Shown one piece after another: positions 9,073 through 21,734 of a stretch of DNA of 64,000 bases (position 1 is its first letter; the number at the start of each line of letters is the position of its first letter). The notes under the pieces were generated by a model. That model saw only the letters and a program-made list of their open reading frames with translations. It was not told where the DNA came from and did not search any database. Source of the DNA: an uncultured Gammaproteobacteria bacterium (lineage in GTDB: Bacteria; Pseudomonadota; Gammaproteobacteria; Steroidobacterales; Rariloculaceae); the NCBI GenBank assembly GCA_964503125.1, contig CAZCZE010000039.1, forward strand, positions 67,203 to 131,202, read 5' to 3'. The position numbers and the translations under genes are program-made.

Positions 9073-10674
9073 ATGACTCAGCGCCCCGCTAGGGACCACC
9101 CGCATCACGCCCACCAACGGCTGCTCACGGCCACTTCGGTCGTCGGCGTCATGACGTTGTTGTCTCGCGTCACGGGGCTCGCGCGCGACGTGGCGTTCTC
9201 GGCCTGGTTCGGCTCGGGCCCGCTCATGGACGCGTTCGCGGTCGCGTTCAAGATCCCGAACCTGCTGCGCCGCTTCTTCGCCGAGGGGGCGTTCTCGCAA
9301 GCGTTCGTGCCCGTGATCGCCGAGTACCGCACGACGCGGAATCATGCGGAAACGCGCGAGCTCGTCGCGCGCGTGGCCGGCACGCTCGGTCTCTGGCTGC
9401 TCGTCGTGAGCGCCGTGGGAGTGGTCGCCGCGCCGGCTCTGATCCTCGTGTTCGCGCCGGGGTTCGGCGGCGACGAAGGCCGGTACGCGCTCGCGGCCGA
9501 CATGCTGCGGTTCACGTTTCCCTACATCTTGTTCGTGTCGTTGACCGCGCTGGCGGGCAGTGTTTTGAACGCGCACCGGCGCTTCGCCGTCGCGGCGTTC
9601 ACACCGGTGCTGCTCAACGTCGTCATGATCGTGTTTGCAGGCTTCGTCGGTCCCTGGCTCGAGCGGCCCGCTGTGGGTCTCGCGGCGGGCGTGCTCGTCG
9701 CGGGCATCGTGCAGCTCGCGTTCCAGCTGCCGTTCTTGCTGCGCCTCGACCTTTTGCCGCGGCCGCGCTGGGGCGCGTCGCACGAGGGTGTGCGGCGGAT
9801 TTTCAAGCTCATGCTGCCGGCGATCTTCGGCTCGTCCGTGGCGCAGATCAGCATTCTTCTCGACACGATCATCGCCTCGTTCCTCGTCGCCGGCAGCATC
9901 AGTTGGCTCTACTACTCGGATCGACTCGTCGAGTTCCCGCTCGGCGTGTTCGGCATCGCGCTCGCGACCGTGATACTGCCGCGCCTCGCCGAGTACCACG
10001 CGACGAGCTCGAAGCAGTTCTTCTCGGATACGCTCGATTGGGCTCTCAAGCTCGTGGTCGTCATCGCCGTGCCGGCCGTGATCGGTCTCGCGCTGCTCGC
10101 CGAGCCGCTGCTCGCGACGCTGTTCCTGCGTGGCGAGTTCACGCCCCTTGACGTCGAGATGGCGGCCGCGAGCTTGCGCGCCTATGCACCCGGCTTGCTC
10201 GGTTTCATCCTCGTCAAGATTCTGGCGCCCGGCTACTTCGCGCGGCAGGACACGCGCACGCCCGTGCGCGTCGGCATCCAGGCGCTGCTCGTCGGCATGA
10301 CGCTGTCGGTCGTGTTCGCGCTGACGCTCGTCGCGACGGACTGGGCGCCGCCGCACGCCGGCATCGCCGCGGCCACGGCGTGCTCCGCGTTGCTCAACGC
10401 CGGCTTGCTGCTCGCGGGGCTCAAGCGCAGCGACGTCTACGTTGCCGGGCCCGGTTGGAAACCCCTCGCGTGGCGGATCGGGGCGGCGGCCGCCGTGATG
10501 GCCGTTGCGCTCGTGGCGGCCCTCGCAGTCGCCGGCGATTGGTTGCGCATGGACACGCTCACGCGTATCGGCTACCTCGCGGCATTCGTGTGCGGTGGGG
10601 CGGCCGTATACTTCGCCGCGTGCTACTCGCTCGGCCTGCGGGCGAGCGAATTCCGGATTCGATCGGTGGTGTGA
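9073..10674 (+). CDS. murJ: Lipid II flippase MurJ (MviN)
   Basis: 533-aa polytopic protein. N-terminus TSVVGVMTLLSRVTGLARDVAFSAWFGSGPLMDAFAVAFKIPNLLRRFFAEGAFSQAFVP is typical MurJ. Conserved rpsT<>murJ context. Confidence 0.9.
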   Translation: MTQRPARDHPHHAHQRLLTATSVVGVMTLLSRVTGLARDVAFSAWFGSGPLMDAFAVAFKIPNLLRRFFAEGAFSQAFVPVIAEYRTTRNHAETRELVARVAGTLGLWLLVVSAVGVVAAPALILVFAPGFGGDEGRYALAADMLRFTFPYILFVSLTALAGSVLNAHRRFAVAAFTPVLLNVVMIVFAGFVGPWLERPAVGLAAGVLVAGIVQLAFQLPFLLRLDLLPRPRWGASHEGVRRIFKLMLPAIFGSSVAQISILLDTIIASFLVAGSISWLYYSDRLVEFPLGVFGIALATVILPRLAEYHATSSKQFFSDTLDWALKLVVVIAVPAVIGLALLAEPLLATLFLRGEFTPLDVEMAAASLRAYAPGLLGFILVKILAPGYFARQDTRTPVRVGIQALLVGMTLSVVFALTLVATDWAPPHAGIAAATACSALLNAGLLLAGLKRSDVYVAGPGWKPLAWRIGAAAAVMAVALVAALAVAGDWLRMDTLTRIGYLAAFVCGGAAVYFAACYSLGLRASEFRIRSVV

Positions 10675-10682
10675 AGCGTCGT

Positions 10683-11609
10683 ATGCGGCTGTACCGAACG
10701 TTCGCCTCCGTGCCGCGACCTTCGAGCGGTCCGCGAGCCGTCGCGATCGGCGTGTTCGACGGGCTGCACATCGGCCATCGGGCCATCGTCGAGCGGGCGC
10801 GCGCGGCGGCGACTGCCGTCGGCGGCGCGTCCCTCGTGTTCACGTTCGAGCCGACGCCGAAGGAGTTTTTCTCGCCGGCGACGGCGCCGCCGCGGCTCAC
10901 GCGTTTTCGCGAGCGTTTCGAGCAGCTGGCTGCGGCGGGCATCGACGAGCTCTTCTGTCCGCGCTTCGCGAGCGTGCGGGACATTGCGCCGCGCGAGTTC
11001 GTCGACGAGCTGCTCGTGGCGAAGCTCGGCGCGAGCCACGTCATCGTCGGCGACGACTTCCGCTACGGCGCCGAGCGGCGCGGCACCGTCGCGGACCTGC
11101 GCGCGCAGGGGCGCGAGCGCGGGTTCGCGGTAACCGAAGTCGCGCCCGTCTATTTCGGCGGCGAGCGCGTGAGCAGCACGGCGATTCGCCAGGCGCTCAA
11201 GGCCGGCGACCTCGCGACCGCACGCGGCATGCTGGGCCGCGACTACTCGATCTCCGGTCGCGTCGTGCGCGGCCTCGGGCTCGGCCGAGCGCTCGGATTT
11301 CCGACGGCCAACGTCAATCTCAAACGTTTGCAAGCGCCCATCGACGGTATTTTCGCCGCGCGCGTCACGGGGCTTGCTGCCGAGCCGCTCGACGGCGTCG
11401 CGAGCGTCGGCACGCGGCCGACGGTCGGCGGCGGCGTCGCGTTGCTCGAGGTGCTCATCTTCGACTTCGACGGCGACATCTACGGGCGCTACATCACCGT
11501 GCACTTCGTGACGCGTCTGCGCGAGGAGCGGCACTTCGCCGATCTCACGGCCATGCAGCGGCAAATGGAGGTCGACGTCGAGGCTGCGCGGGCTGCGCTA
11601 ACCGATTGA
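10683..11609 (+). CDS. ribF: Bifunctional riboflavin kinase / FMN adenylyltransferase
   Basis: ORF 10380..11609 trimmed to in-frame ATG 10683 (MRLYRTF..AVAIGVFDGLHIGHRAIV). C-terminal kinase part GRDYSISGRVVRGLGLGRALGFPTANV. 308 aa. Confidence 0.9.
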   Translation: MRLYRTFASVPRPSSGPRAVAIGVFDGLHIGHRAIVERARAAATAVGGASLVFTFEPTPKEFFSPATAPPRLTRFRERFEQLAAAGIDELFCPRFASVRDIAPREFVDELLVAKLGASHVIVGDDFRYGAERRGTVADLRAQGRERGFAVTEVAPVYFGGERVSSTAIRQALKAGDLATARGMLGRDYSISGRVVRGLGLGRALGFPTANVNLKRLQAPIDGIFAARVTGLAAEPLDGVASVGTRPTVGGGVALLEVLIFDFDGDIYGRYITVHFVTRLREERHFADLTAMQRQMEVDVEAARAALTD

Positions 11610-11664
11610 ATCGCGTACACTCACGGCCCTTCGGTCCGGTGGCCTTAGGACCGGTCGATAACTC

Positions 11665-14798
<3,134 letters not shown>

Positions 14799-14802
<4 letters not shown>

Positions 14803-15320
14803 GCGAACGGCGCTGGTTCGGGTTGCAGGCCGGCGCGTCCAACTGGCTGTGGCTCGCCGTGGCCGTGATCGCGCTCGATCAGTGGACGAAGTCGCTCGTC
14901 GTCGAGCGGTTCGCGGAGCTCGACCGGCTCGTGCTGTTGCCGGTCCTCGAGCTCATGCGCCTGCACAACGAGGGCGCCGCGTTCAGCTTTCTGGACGATG
15001 CGGGGGGGTGGCAGCGGTGGCTGTTCATCGGCCTAGGCGTCGCCGTGAGCGCAGGCATTCTGGTCTGGTTGCGCCGCCTGCCGGCCGCGGGCCAGGCGCT
15101 GCTCGCCGCGGGGTTATCGCTGATCCTCGGAGGGGCGCTCGGCAACGTCATCGACCGCGTGCTGCTCGGCTACGTGATCGACTTCATCAGGGTGCACTAC
15201 GAGGAACATTACTTCCCGGCGTTCAACGTCGCCGACTCGGCGATCACGATCGGCGCCGGGCTCGTGATCCTCGACAATCTGCTCGAGCTCGACCGCGCGC
15301 GCGCCAAGAAGAAGCGCTAG
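14799..15320 (+). CDS. lspA: Lipoprotein signal peptidase (signal peptidase II)
   Basis: Tail of ORF 13245..15320 from in-frame ATG 14799 (ATGA overlap with the ileS stop). MSERRWFGL..LDQWTKSLV..LHNEGAAFSFL..NVIDR..FPAFNVADSAITIG are LspA motifs. Confidence 0.9.
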
Positions 15321-15321
15321 C

Positions 15322-15771
15322 TCACCAGCAGTTGGCGGCGTCCGCGCCCGTCGCCGTGCGCACGCTTTGCGCGGTGATCGAGAACGAAGTGCACTGCGCA
15401 TCGCCCGTCATGTCGATATTGGCGCCGGCCTGTGGAGTCGCCGTGGCCGTGTAACCCGTGGCGTTGGCCCCGGCGATCGCAAGCACATACGTGCCGCGCT
15501 CCGTGAGGCCGCCCGCAAACCCGAGCGCGACGGGATCGCCGCTGTACGTGCGATTGGCGAGATAGAAGCGTTCCTGGTTGGTCTGGAGCTGTAAAAGAGC
15601 GTTCTTGGCTTCCGTGCGCTGCGCGCGCATGACGTATTGCCGGTAGCTCGGTATCGCGATCATGCCGAGAATGCCGATGATCACGATGACGGCCATGAGC
15701 TCGAGCAGCGTGATGCCGATCATGCCGCGCCGAGTCGCGCCCGTGCCGAGAAAGCGCTTGTCCATTGCCAT
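15322..15771 (-). CDS. pilE: Type IV pilin-like protein PilE (minor pilin)
   Basis: ORF 15322..15891 trimmed to ATG 15771 (RBS GGACGAGG upstream). Prepilin leader ..RRGMIG/ITLLELMAVIVIIGILGMIAIPSY with Glu at +5. C-terminal Cys pair (DAQC...ANCW). Confidence 0.8.
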   Translation of the reverse strand: MAMDKRFLGTGATRRGMIGITLLELMAVIVIIGILGMIAIPSYRQYVMRAQRTEAKNALLQLQTNQERFYLANRTYSGDPVALGFAGGLTERGTYVLAIAGANATGYTATATPQAGANIDMTGDAQCTSFSITAQSVRTATGADAANCW

Positions 15772-15824
15772 ACCTCGTCCTTGTGCACGGCCGGGCTCTC
15801 GTGGGTGAGAGCCCGGCGCGCGTT

Positions 15825-18800
15825 TCAATCTACGCTTTCCTGCGACCAGAAGGTCCGGATCGGATCGTTCCTCATGACGCCCGTGAAGCAACGTAGCGCC
15901 ACACAGACCACGACGTCGTCGGCTTCTTCCTCGGCGTCCGGTATGCCGTCGCCGTCGTCGTCGTCGTCGAGGTGGTTCGGGATGCCGTCGCCGTCGGGGT
16001 CTTCGTAGTCGTCGGGAATGCCGTTGCCATCGGCGTCGGGATCGATGGAATCGGGAATGCCGTCGCCGTCGGTGTCCTGCTCGGCATCGGGGATCCCGTC
16101 GCCGTTCGCGTCGGCGTCCACGAACAGCGCCTGCGCCGCCGAGAGGATGCCGCCTTGGGCCTGGATGAAGAGGTCGCTCATCGTCAGGTTCGACGGGTCC
16201 GCCGAGCTGTCGAGATTCATGACGGGCGCGCCGTTGTAGACGCTCATCGCGTAGGTGCGGTTCGTGCCGAGCTGAGGCTCGCAGGTCACCACGCCCGTGG
16301 TCGGCTGGAAGGTCGAGAAGAACACCTGGTTCGAGAACGTGCGGGCCTCGGAGAGCACCTTTTCGCCGTTCCAGCCGCCGATGCTGAGATCGACGCGCCA
16401 GCCCGGGCTATTCCAGGGCACCGCCGGGCTCGTGGTCGTGACGGGCACGAGGCTGGCATCGGTGATGACGGTCCGCGCATCGAGCTGCACCTGCGTCTGC
16501 GGAGCCATCGCGTAGTCGCGCAGCGCGTAGAAGCGGTCCTGTACGGAGGTGCTCAAGGGGTGGCCGCGGTGCCCGGAGCCGATGCCGATGTGGACGAAGT
16601 TGCCTTCGCGCGTGTTGATGAAGGCGACGTCGGGCGTGTTGTAGAAGCGCCGAGTGTCCTCAGCCGCCGGCACCGCGTTAGGCGCGCCGCCGAGCTGCGC
16701 GATGACCGCGCCGTCGATGAGGCTCGCCGCGGGTTGGCCGTTGTTGACGTCGAAGCGCCACACCTGGCCGCCCATGTCGCCGGCGTACAGGCGATCGGCG
16801 AAGCCGTCGCCGTCGATGTCGACGACGCGGATGCGGGCCGGGATCGAATAGTCCATCGCCTTGCCGGCGACGTTGAAGTCCTTGTGGACGCCGTCGCGGC
16901 TGCCGTGCCACAGCAGGTTACCGCTCTCGGAGTCGACCACGTAGATGGAGTTGCCGATCGTGTCGGTCGTGAGCGCATTGTTGTCCTGGTCGGGCTCGTA
17001 GCCGCCGCCCATGACGAGCACGAGCTTGTCGGCGTTTTGCGCTGCGCCCGCGATGTTCATGCGCGTCGGCATCGGCGACGACCAGGTCTGGCCCAACCCC
17101 GGCAACGTGCCGTTGTCGCGGCGCCATAGGAGCTGCGGCGACAGCGGGTCGGTGACGTCGAGCCCGTAGTAGAAATCGCCGCCGCGGGCCATGCCGAAGA
17201 ACAGGTAGACCTTTTCGCCGGCCCCGATGATGCCGTCGTTGTCGGCGACCATCTGGATACGCAGGTCGCCGTCGATGCCGTACTGCTTGTAGGGCGCCGA
17301 CTCGTCCTTGTAGAGATCGATTTGCGTGCCGAGGAACTCGGGCGGCACGAACGCCCACTGCTCGACGCCGTTCTCGAGGTCGATCGCGTGCAGCACGCCG
17401 TCGTTCGTGGCCATGAACACGAGGCCATCGCGCAGCGCCGGGCCGTAGATGACCGACACGGGCTGGGAGTGCAGCGGGTCGCCCATCTGCGTACGCGGGT
17501 CGGTCGTATCGTTGTCCTGGTCCGTATCGGGTCCGTCGACGTTGTTGATGAAATCGATGACCTGGTCACGCGTGGGATCGCCCACCGCGCCCGTGTTGAG
17601 CACCGCGTCCGTGAGCGCCGCGTTGGTGCGCGCGACACGGTTGCTCACGGCCGTCAGGTTGGAGACACCGAGGTACGTGTAGACGATGCGATTGGCGGGC
17701 AGCGGGATGAGATCCGCGGCACCGCCGACGTCGGCGACTCGGCCGTCGACGGCCCCCGACCAGTAGCTCTGCGCCGTGTCGGCGAAGAACCCCGTCGCGG
17801 GATCGATGGCCGGTTGATTGTTGGCGTCGACGATCGTCGCGTCGCTCGCGCGAATCCGGTACTTCTTGAGGTTGCCCGGCCAGTGCGTGCGGCCCGACGG
17901 CCGGAACACACTGATGAAGAGGTCGCTCAAGTTCTGAGTGCGGTTGAACGAGTTGACGGCGACCGTGGGCGCCGTGAACGTCGTGTCCTCCGTCAAGATC
18001 GCCGTCACGATGCTCGTGAGCGCATTCGCGAGCGTCGCCGTGTCGTCGGCCGTGTAGTAGCGGCCGCCGCCGCGTTGCGCGGTTTGCGCGAGAATCGGCA
18101 GGTCTATCGTGAACCCGACGGTGTAGGTCGTCACGTTCTGCTGGCCCGGGAGCGTCGACAGATCGGCGTCCTGGAGGAACTCGGCGAGGTCGTCGAGGCA
18201 CTCGCCCCCGTCGGGATTGAACCCGGCGGGGTAGGCCTCGGCGTCGCAAGAGCCGCCGACGAGGCTACCGAAGCTGCCGCCGGCCGCATCGGCCATCGAG
18301 ACGATATCGGCGTCGGCGTCGTCGTCGCGCGTCGGCTCGCCGTCGGTCAAGTACACGACGAAATTCTTCTGGCAGTCTTGTCCGATCGGCGACTGATAGC
18401 GATTGAGATCGAGCGGGCTCCGCGACGTCGCCACGCTGTTAGGATTGCCGTAGACGACTCTGCCGCCCGAGTAGTACTGGGCCACCTCGAAGAGCGTCTC
18501 CGCCAGGGGGGTGAAGCCGGTGGGCGCTAGCCCGAGGACGGCTGCTTGGATTGGACCGCGTGCAGTGGTGATGTCCTCCATCGGGTAAACGATGTAGCCG
18601 CCGCTGTCGCTGCTGCCGTTGTTGCGGTTGAAGGTGGCGACGCCGACGTTGACGCCGTCGATAGTATCGAGCAGGTCGGTCGCGACGTCCTGGACGATCT
18701 CGAGGCGCGTCTTGAAGGCCGTCGGGCTGAAGGCCCAGTTCAGATAGTTGCCGCTGTAGAGCGTGTAGGTCTCGTTCGCGGGCGTGGAGCCCCACGAAAT

Positions 18801-19358
18801 CTCGGTGCCGGCGAGACCCCAGTAGCCCGCCGTCGTGTTGCCGTTGCGCGCCCAGCGATTGACGAGGTTGATACCGTCGCCGTGGACGCCACGGTCGTCT
18901 TGGCACTCGACGACTCGGCTCTTCTGGGAGGAGCTGATGGTCTCCCAACGCCGCCCGCCGCTGCCGGTGCTTGGGTCGTACTGCGCCATGTTGTCGGTGT
19001 AGTAACCCGCCGTGATGAACGCCAGCGCGGCGCGGTTGCAGCGCAACGCGGTCGCGTTGAACCAGCGGCTGGTGTCGCAGTCGGGCGGGGAGCCGACGCC
19101 CGTGCGCCAATAAACTCGGGTCGGATCGCAGCCCGCATTCGGGTAGACGATGTTGCCGTCGTAGGCCTCCTGCGTGTTCACGAGCGTGCCCATGCTGCCG
19201 GAGTTGTCCAGCACGAACAGGATGTTCGGCTGGGCCTGCGAGCTCAGGTTGTTGCCGATGAAGAGCTCGGTATCGTCGGCCGCCGCCGGCATGCCGGAAG
19301 CGAGTGCCCAGAAGGCGCCCAGGCCGAGCCAACTCATGCGTGCTTTGGTGAGAATCAT
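15825..19358 (-). CDS. pilY1: Type IV pilus tip adhesin / biogenesis factor PilY1 with N-terminal vWA domain and C-terminal Ca-binding repeat array
   Basis: ORF 15825..19388. A start at M11 (19358) or M18 gives the signal peptide MSWLGLGAFWALASGMPAAA. vWA MIDAS NILFVLDNSGSMG. PilY1-type beta-propeller region. Five DGxGIP(D/N) repeats at the C-terminus. Confidence 0.85.
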   Translation of the reverse strand: MILTKARMSWLGLGAFWALASGMPAAADDTELFIGNNLSSQAQPNILFVLDNSGSMGTLVNTQEAYDGNIVYPNAGCDPTRVYWRTGVGSPPDCDTSRWFNATALRCNRAALAFITAGYYTDNMAQYDPSTGSGGRRWETISSSQKSRVVECQDDRGVHGDGINLVNRWARNGNTTAGYWGLAGTEISWGSTPANETYTLYSGNYLNWAFSPTAFKTRLEIVQDVATDLLDTIDGVNVGVATFNRNNGSSDSGGYIVYPMEDITTARGPIQAAVLGLAPTGFTPLAETLFEVAQYYSGGRVVYGNPNSVATSRSPLDLNRYQSPIGQDCQKNFVVYLTDGEPTRDDDADADIVSMADAAGGSFGSLVGGSCDAEAYPAGFNPDGGECLDDLAEFLQDADLSTLPGQQNVTTYTVGFTIDLPILAQTAQRGGGRYYTADDTATLANALTSIVTAILTEDTTFTAPTVAVNSFNRTQNLSDLFISVFRPSGRTHWPGNLKKYRIRASDATIVDANNQPAIDPATGFFADTAQSYWSGAVDGRVADVGGAADLIPLPANRIVYTYLGVSNLTAVSNRVARTNAALTDAVLNTGAVGDPTRDQVIDFINNVDGPDTDQDNDTTDPRTQMGDPLHSQPVSVIYGPALRDGLVFMATNDGVLHAIDLENGVEQWAFVPPEFLGTQIDLYKDESAPYKQYGIDGDLRIQMVADNDGIIGAGEKVYLFFGMARGGDFYYGLDVTDPLSPQLLWRRDNGTLPGLGQTWSSPMPTRMNIAGAAQNADKLVLVMGGGYEPDQDNNALTTDTIGNSIYVVDSESGNLLWHGSRDGVHKDFNVAGKAMDYSIPARIRVVDIDGDGFADRLYAGDMGGQVWRFDVNNGQPAASLIDGAVIAQLGGAPNAVPAAEDTRRFYNTPDVAFINTREGNFVHIGIGSGHRGHPLSTSVQDRFYALRDYAMAPQTQVQLDARTVITDASLVPVTTTSPAVPWNSPGWRVDLSIGGWNGEKVLSEARTFSNQVFFSTFQPTTGVVTCEPQLGTNRTYAMSVYNGAPVMNLDSSADPSNLTMSDLFIQAQGGILSAAQALFVDADANGDGIPDAEQDTDGDGIPDSIDPDADGNGIPDDYEDPDGDGIPNHLDDDDDGDGIPDAEEEADDVVVCVALRCFTGVMRNDPIRTFWSQESVD

Positions 19359-19434
19359 GGCGATGTCCCTCGGGTTTGCGCGCGCCATCCTTTGGCGCTG
19401 CGTTGCTTGACTGGAAGCTTTCGTCAGCGAGCCG

Positions 19435-19788
19435 TTACTCGCGCACTTCGACGCGCGTCACACGGCCCGACGCGAGGTCGAGAAACACGGCGGCGAACGT
19501 CCTGTCGTCGCCGTTCGGTCTGTCGCGAATCTCGTCGATGACGCGCAAGAACTCCACGCGCGGCAACACGCGATCGTTGACCTCGTAGACGGTCGAGTCC
19601 GTGAGCCGGTGGGTGCTGAGGCCGCAGAGCGCGCACTCGCTGAAGCTGATGGTGCCGCCGCCGGCCGAGAACGTGATGTCGCCGAGCGTGAGCTCGACGG
19701 GCCGCTCGGCTTGCTCGATGACGCGCACGGCGCCGGCCGTGTCGACCAGGAGCAACAGGGCGATCGTGGCGAGGATTTCACGAGTCAT
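19435..19788 (-). CDS. Hypothetical exported 117-aa protein between pilX and pilY1
   Basis: ORF with signal-peptide-like N-terminus MTREILATIALLLLVDTAGA. One CxxC (CALC). Tight spacing to pilX (23 nt) and pilY1. I recognise no family. Confidence 0.6.
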   Translation of the reverse strand: MTREILATIALLLLVDTAGAVRVIEQAERPVELTLGDITFSAGGGTISFSECALCGLSTHRLTDSTVYEVNDRVLPRVEFLRVIDEIRDRPNGDDRTFAAVFLDLASGRVTRVEVRE

Positions 19789-19811
19789 GAGGAGTCCTCC
19801 GAATTCGGCGC

Positions 19812-20255
19812 TTAGAGCGCGCGCCCGATGACGTAAAAACTCTGGTTGTGCTGCGACAGGGCGTTCCGCGGCCCACGGCCCACGGCCGTGATGTCGAAGT
19901 GAAAGGCGTCGAGCTCGCCGGTGCTGCTGCCGAACGACGACGTGTTCATGCGGTAGGTCGTCACCGCGCGGCGGTCGTAGTCGATGTTGCCGAGCCAGTT
20001 GACGGTGCGCGGCGCATCGGTCGAGTAGGCGCGGGTGCCGATGGCGATGTCGATGCCGTCCTCGGCGAGCTGGAACGCGTCCTGCTGGAACTGCGTGTTG
20101 GCGGCCATTGCAATTTCCATCGTGGCCGTGTTCATGCCCGAGACGCCGACCACGGTGAGCACGAGCAGCAGCACGAGGCCCACGATCAAGGTGGCGCCCG
20201 TCTGTGCGTTGCGCGGTGCGGTCCAGTTCTGCGGTGACGATCGGCGGGCGTTCAT
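19812..20255 (-). CDS. pilX: Type IV pilus minor pilin PilX
   Basis: QTGATLIVGLVLLLVLTVVGVSGMNTATMEIAMAANTQ matches the PilX N-terminal domain pattern. Its position after pilW fits. Confidence 0.8.
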   Translation of the reverse strand: MNARRSSPQNWTAPRNAQTGATLIVGLVLLLVLTVVGVSGMNTATMEIAMAANTQFQQDAFQLAEDGIDIAIGTRAYSTDAPRTVNWLGNIDYDRRAVTTYRMNTSSFGSSTGELDAFHFDITAVGRGPRNALSQHNQSFYVIGRAL

Positions 20256-20266
20256 CGTAGTTGTCC

Positions 20267-21250
20267 TCAGGAGTTCGGCCGGGCGTTGCGAAGATAGATC
20301 GTCTTCGACACGACCATGCGGCGGAAATTGTCGTTGATCGGGCCCACGTTCTGGTCGGCGTACTGGTAGACGGCCGTGTCTTGGAAGCCGTTCTCGGGGC
20401 GCTCGGCGCGCACGCGCAGCCAGATGCGCACCGCGAGGATCTCGGCGTTCGGGTCGAAGCCGGCGGCGCCGGGCGTGATCATCGGGTCGTTGGGGTTCAC
20501 GTAGCGGTCGATCGAGCCGCGATCGGCCTGACCGGGCGCGTTCGTATCGACGCCGAACTGGATTTGGAAGTCCTCTATCCCGGCGATGAGCTCTTGGTTC
20601 AGGGACATGACGCCGTTTTGCTGCAGCGAGTGCATGCGCAGCGAGGGCATGCCGGCCCCCAGGGATGAGACGCGGCTCACGTAGTAGCCGTTCGCGAGCA
20701 ACCGATGCGTTTGGCTCGTGGCCGCCGTGTAGCCGGCGGGAATGACCGTCCCGACGAAGATCAGCGAGTCGCCCGTGCCGCGCACGCTCTGGAGGTGGAG
20801 GCCGCCGGCTTGGAGTTGCGCGGCGGGGACGAGATCCTCGCTGGCGCGGCGCACGACGAGCGTATCGGCGTTGACTTCGACGGGCGCCGTGCCCGCGCAG
20901 CCCCAGACGTAGCTGTTGTTGCTGCCCTGGACGGCCTGGTCGAGGTTGATCGTCCAGTTGTTGCCGCAGGTGTCGACCCCGGGCCCGTTGGCGGCCGTGG
21001 GGGCGGCGCGGTTGGCGACGGTCGTGGTGACCGTATTGAGGCCCCAGTAGTGCGCCATGCGCACGTCGGCCTCGAGCAGGTCGAGCGCGAAGCGCGCATT
21101 CTCCTGCATCCGAGAGAGCGACTCCGTCACGCGGAACGCCGTGCGGCTCTGCATGAACACGGTGATGGCGCCGATCATGAGGAACGCGCCGATGGCGAGC
21201 GCCACCATCAGCTCGATCAAGGTCATGCCGTACTGCTTGTGTGCTTTCAT
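20267..21250 (-). CDS. pilW: Type IV pilus minor pilin / assembly protein PilW
   Basis: ORF 20267..21751 trimmed to in-frame ATG 21250. MKAHKQYG/MTLIELMVALAIGAFLMIGAITVF is a prepilin-type N-terminus. 327 aa, typical PilW size. Confidence 0.8.
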   Translation of the reverse strand: MKAHKQYGMTLIELMVALAIGAFLMIGAITVFMQSRTAFRVTESLSRMQENARFALDLLEADVRMAHYWGLNTVTTTVANRAAPTAANGPGVDTCGNNWTINLDQAVQGSNNSYVWGCAGTAPVEVNADTLVVRRASEDLVPAAQLQAGGLHLQSVRGTGDSLIFVGTVIPAGYTAATSQTHRLLANGYYVSRVSSLGAGMPSLRMHSLQQNGVMSLNQELIAGIEDFQIQFGVDTNAPGQADRGSIDRYVNPNDPMITPGAAGFDPNAEILAVRIWLRVRAERPENGFQDTAVYQYADQNVGPINDNFRRMVVSKTIYLRNARPNS

Positions 21251-21258
21251 GGCGCTGG

Positions 21259-21717
21259 TCACAGACTGGGGACGCGGACCGCGAGCTGATGTGTGATCGC
21301 GCCGAGACCGACCTCGGTCCAAGTCACTCGAATCGTGAACGTCGGCGGCGTCGTGCCCGCGAATTGCAGGGCGCCGACACCGGCAGGCAATTGGGCGGCG
21401 ACCTGGGCTTGCCACACGAACAAGTCGTGCGCCGCCATCTGTGCGGGCGTGCAATTGACGCCGCCGCCGGGATCGCAACCGTTGTTGGCCGCGGCGCCGC
21501 CGTAGTTGGCGCCACCACGGCGGTTGACGCGAATGCGGTCGGCCATGTCGGCCGCGAGATTGACGGCTTGCGTCCGATAGAGGGCCGTGCGGCTGGCGCC
21601 GAGCCCCTGGCCGTAGAGCGCCGCGATGCCGATCATGCCGACGGAAATCACGACGAGCGCGACCAAGGATTCGATGAGGCCGAAACCGCGTTGCGCGTGC
21701 CGGATCGTGTTCCGCAT
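21259..21717 (-). CDS. pilV: Type IV pilus modification protein PilV (minor pilin)
   Basis: ORF 21259..22518 trimmed to in-frame ATG 21717. MRNTIRHAQRG/FGLIESLVALVVISVGMIGIAAL. 152 aa. Confidence 0.8.
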   Translation of the reverse strand: MRNTIRHAQRGFGLIESLVALVVISVGMIGIAALYGQGLGASRTALYRTQAVNLAADMADRIRVNRRGGANYGGAAANNGCDPGGGVNCTPAQMAAHDLFVWQAQVAAQLPAGVGALQFAGTTPPTFTIRVTWTEVGLGAITHQLAVRVPSL

Positions 21718-21734
21718 CGCTCGCTCTCGTGGGT

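Noticed and set aside
15915-16125. Periodic GAT/GGC-rich DNA that could be read as a non-coding microsatellite at the pilE/pilY1 junction.
   Set aside because: It lies in frame inside the 3' end of pilY1 and encodes DGxGIPD Ca-binding repeats. It is reported as a protein feature instead.
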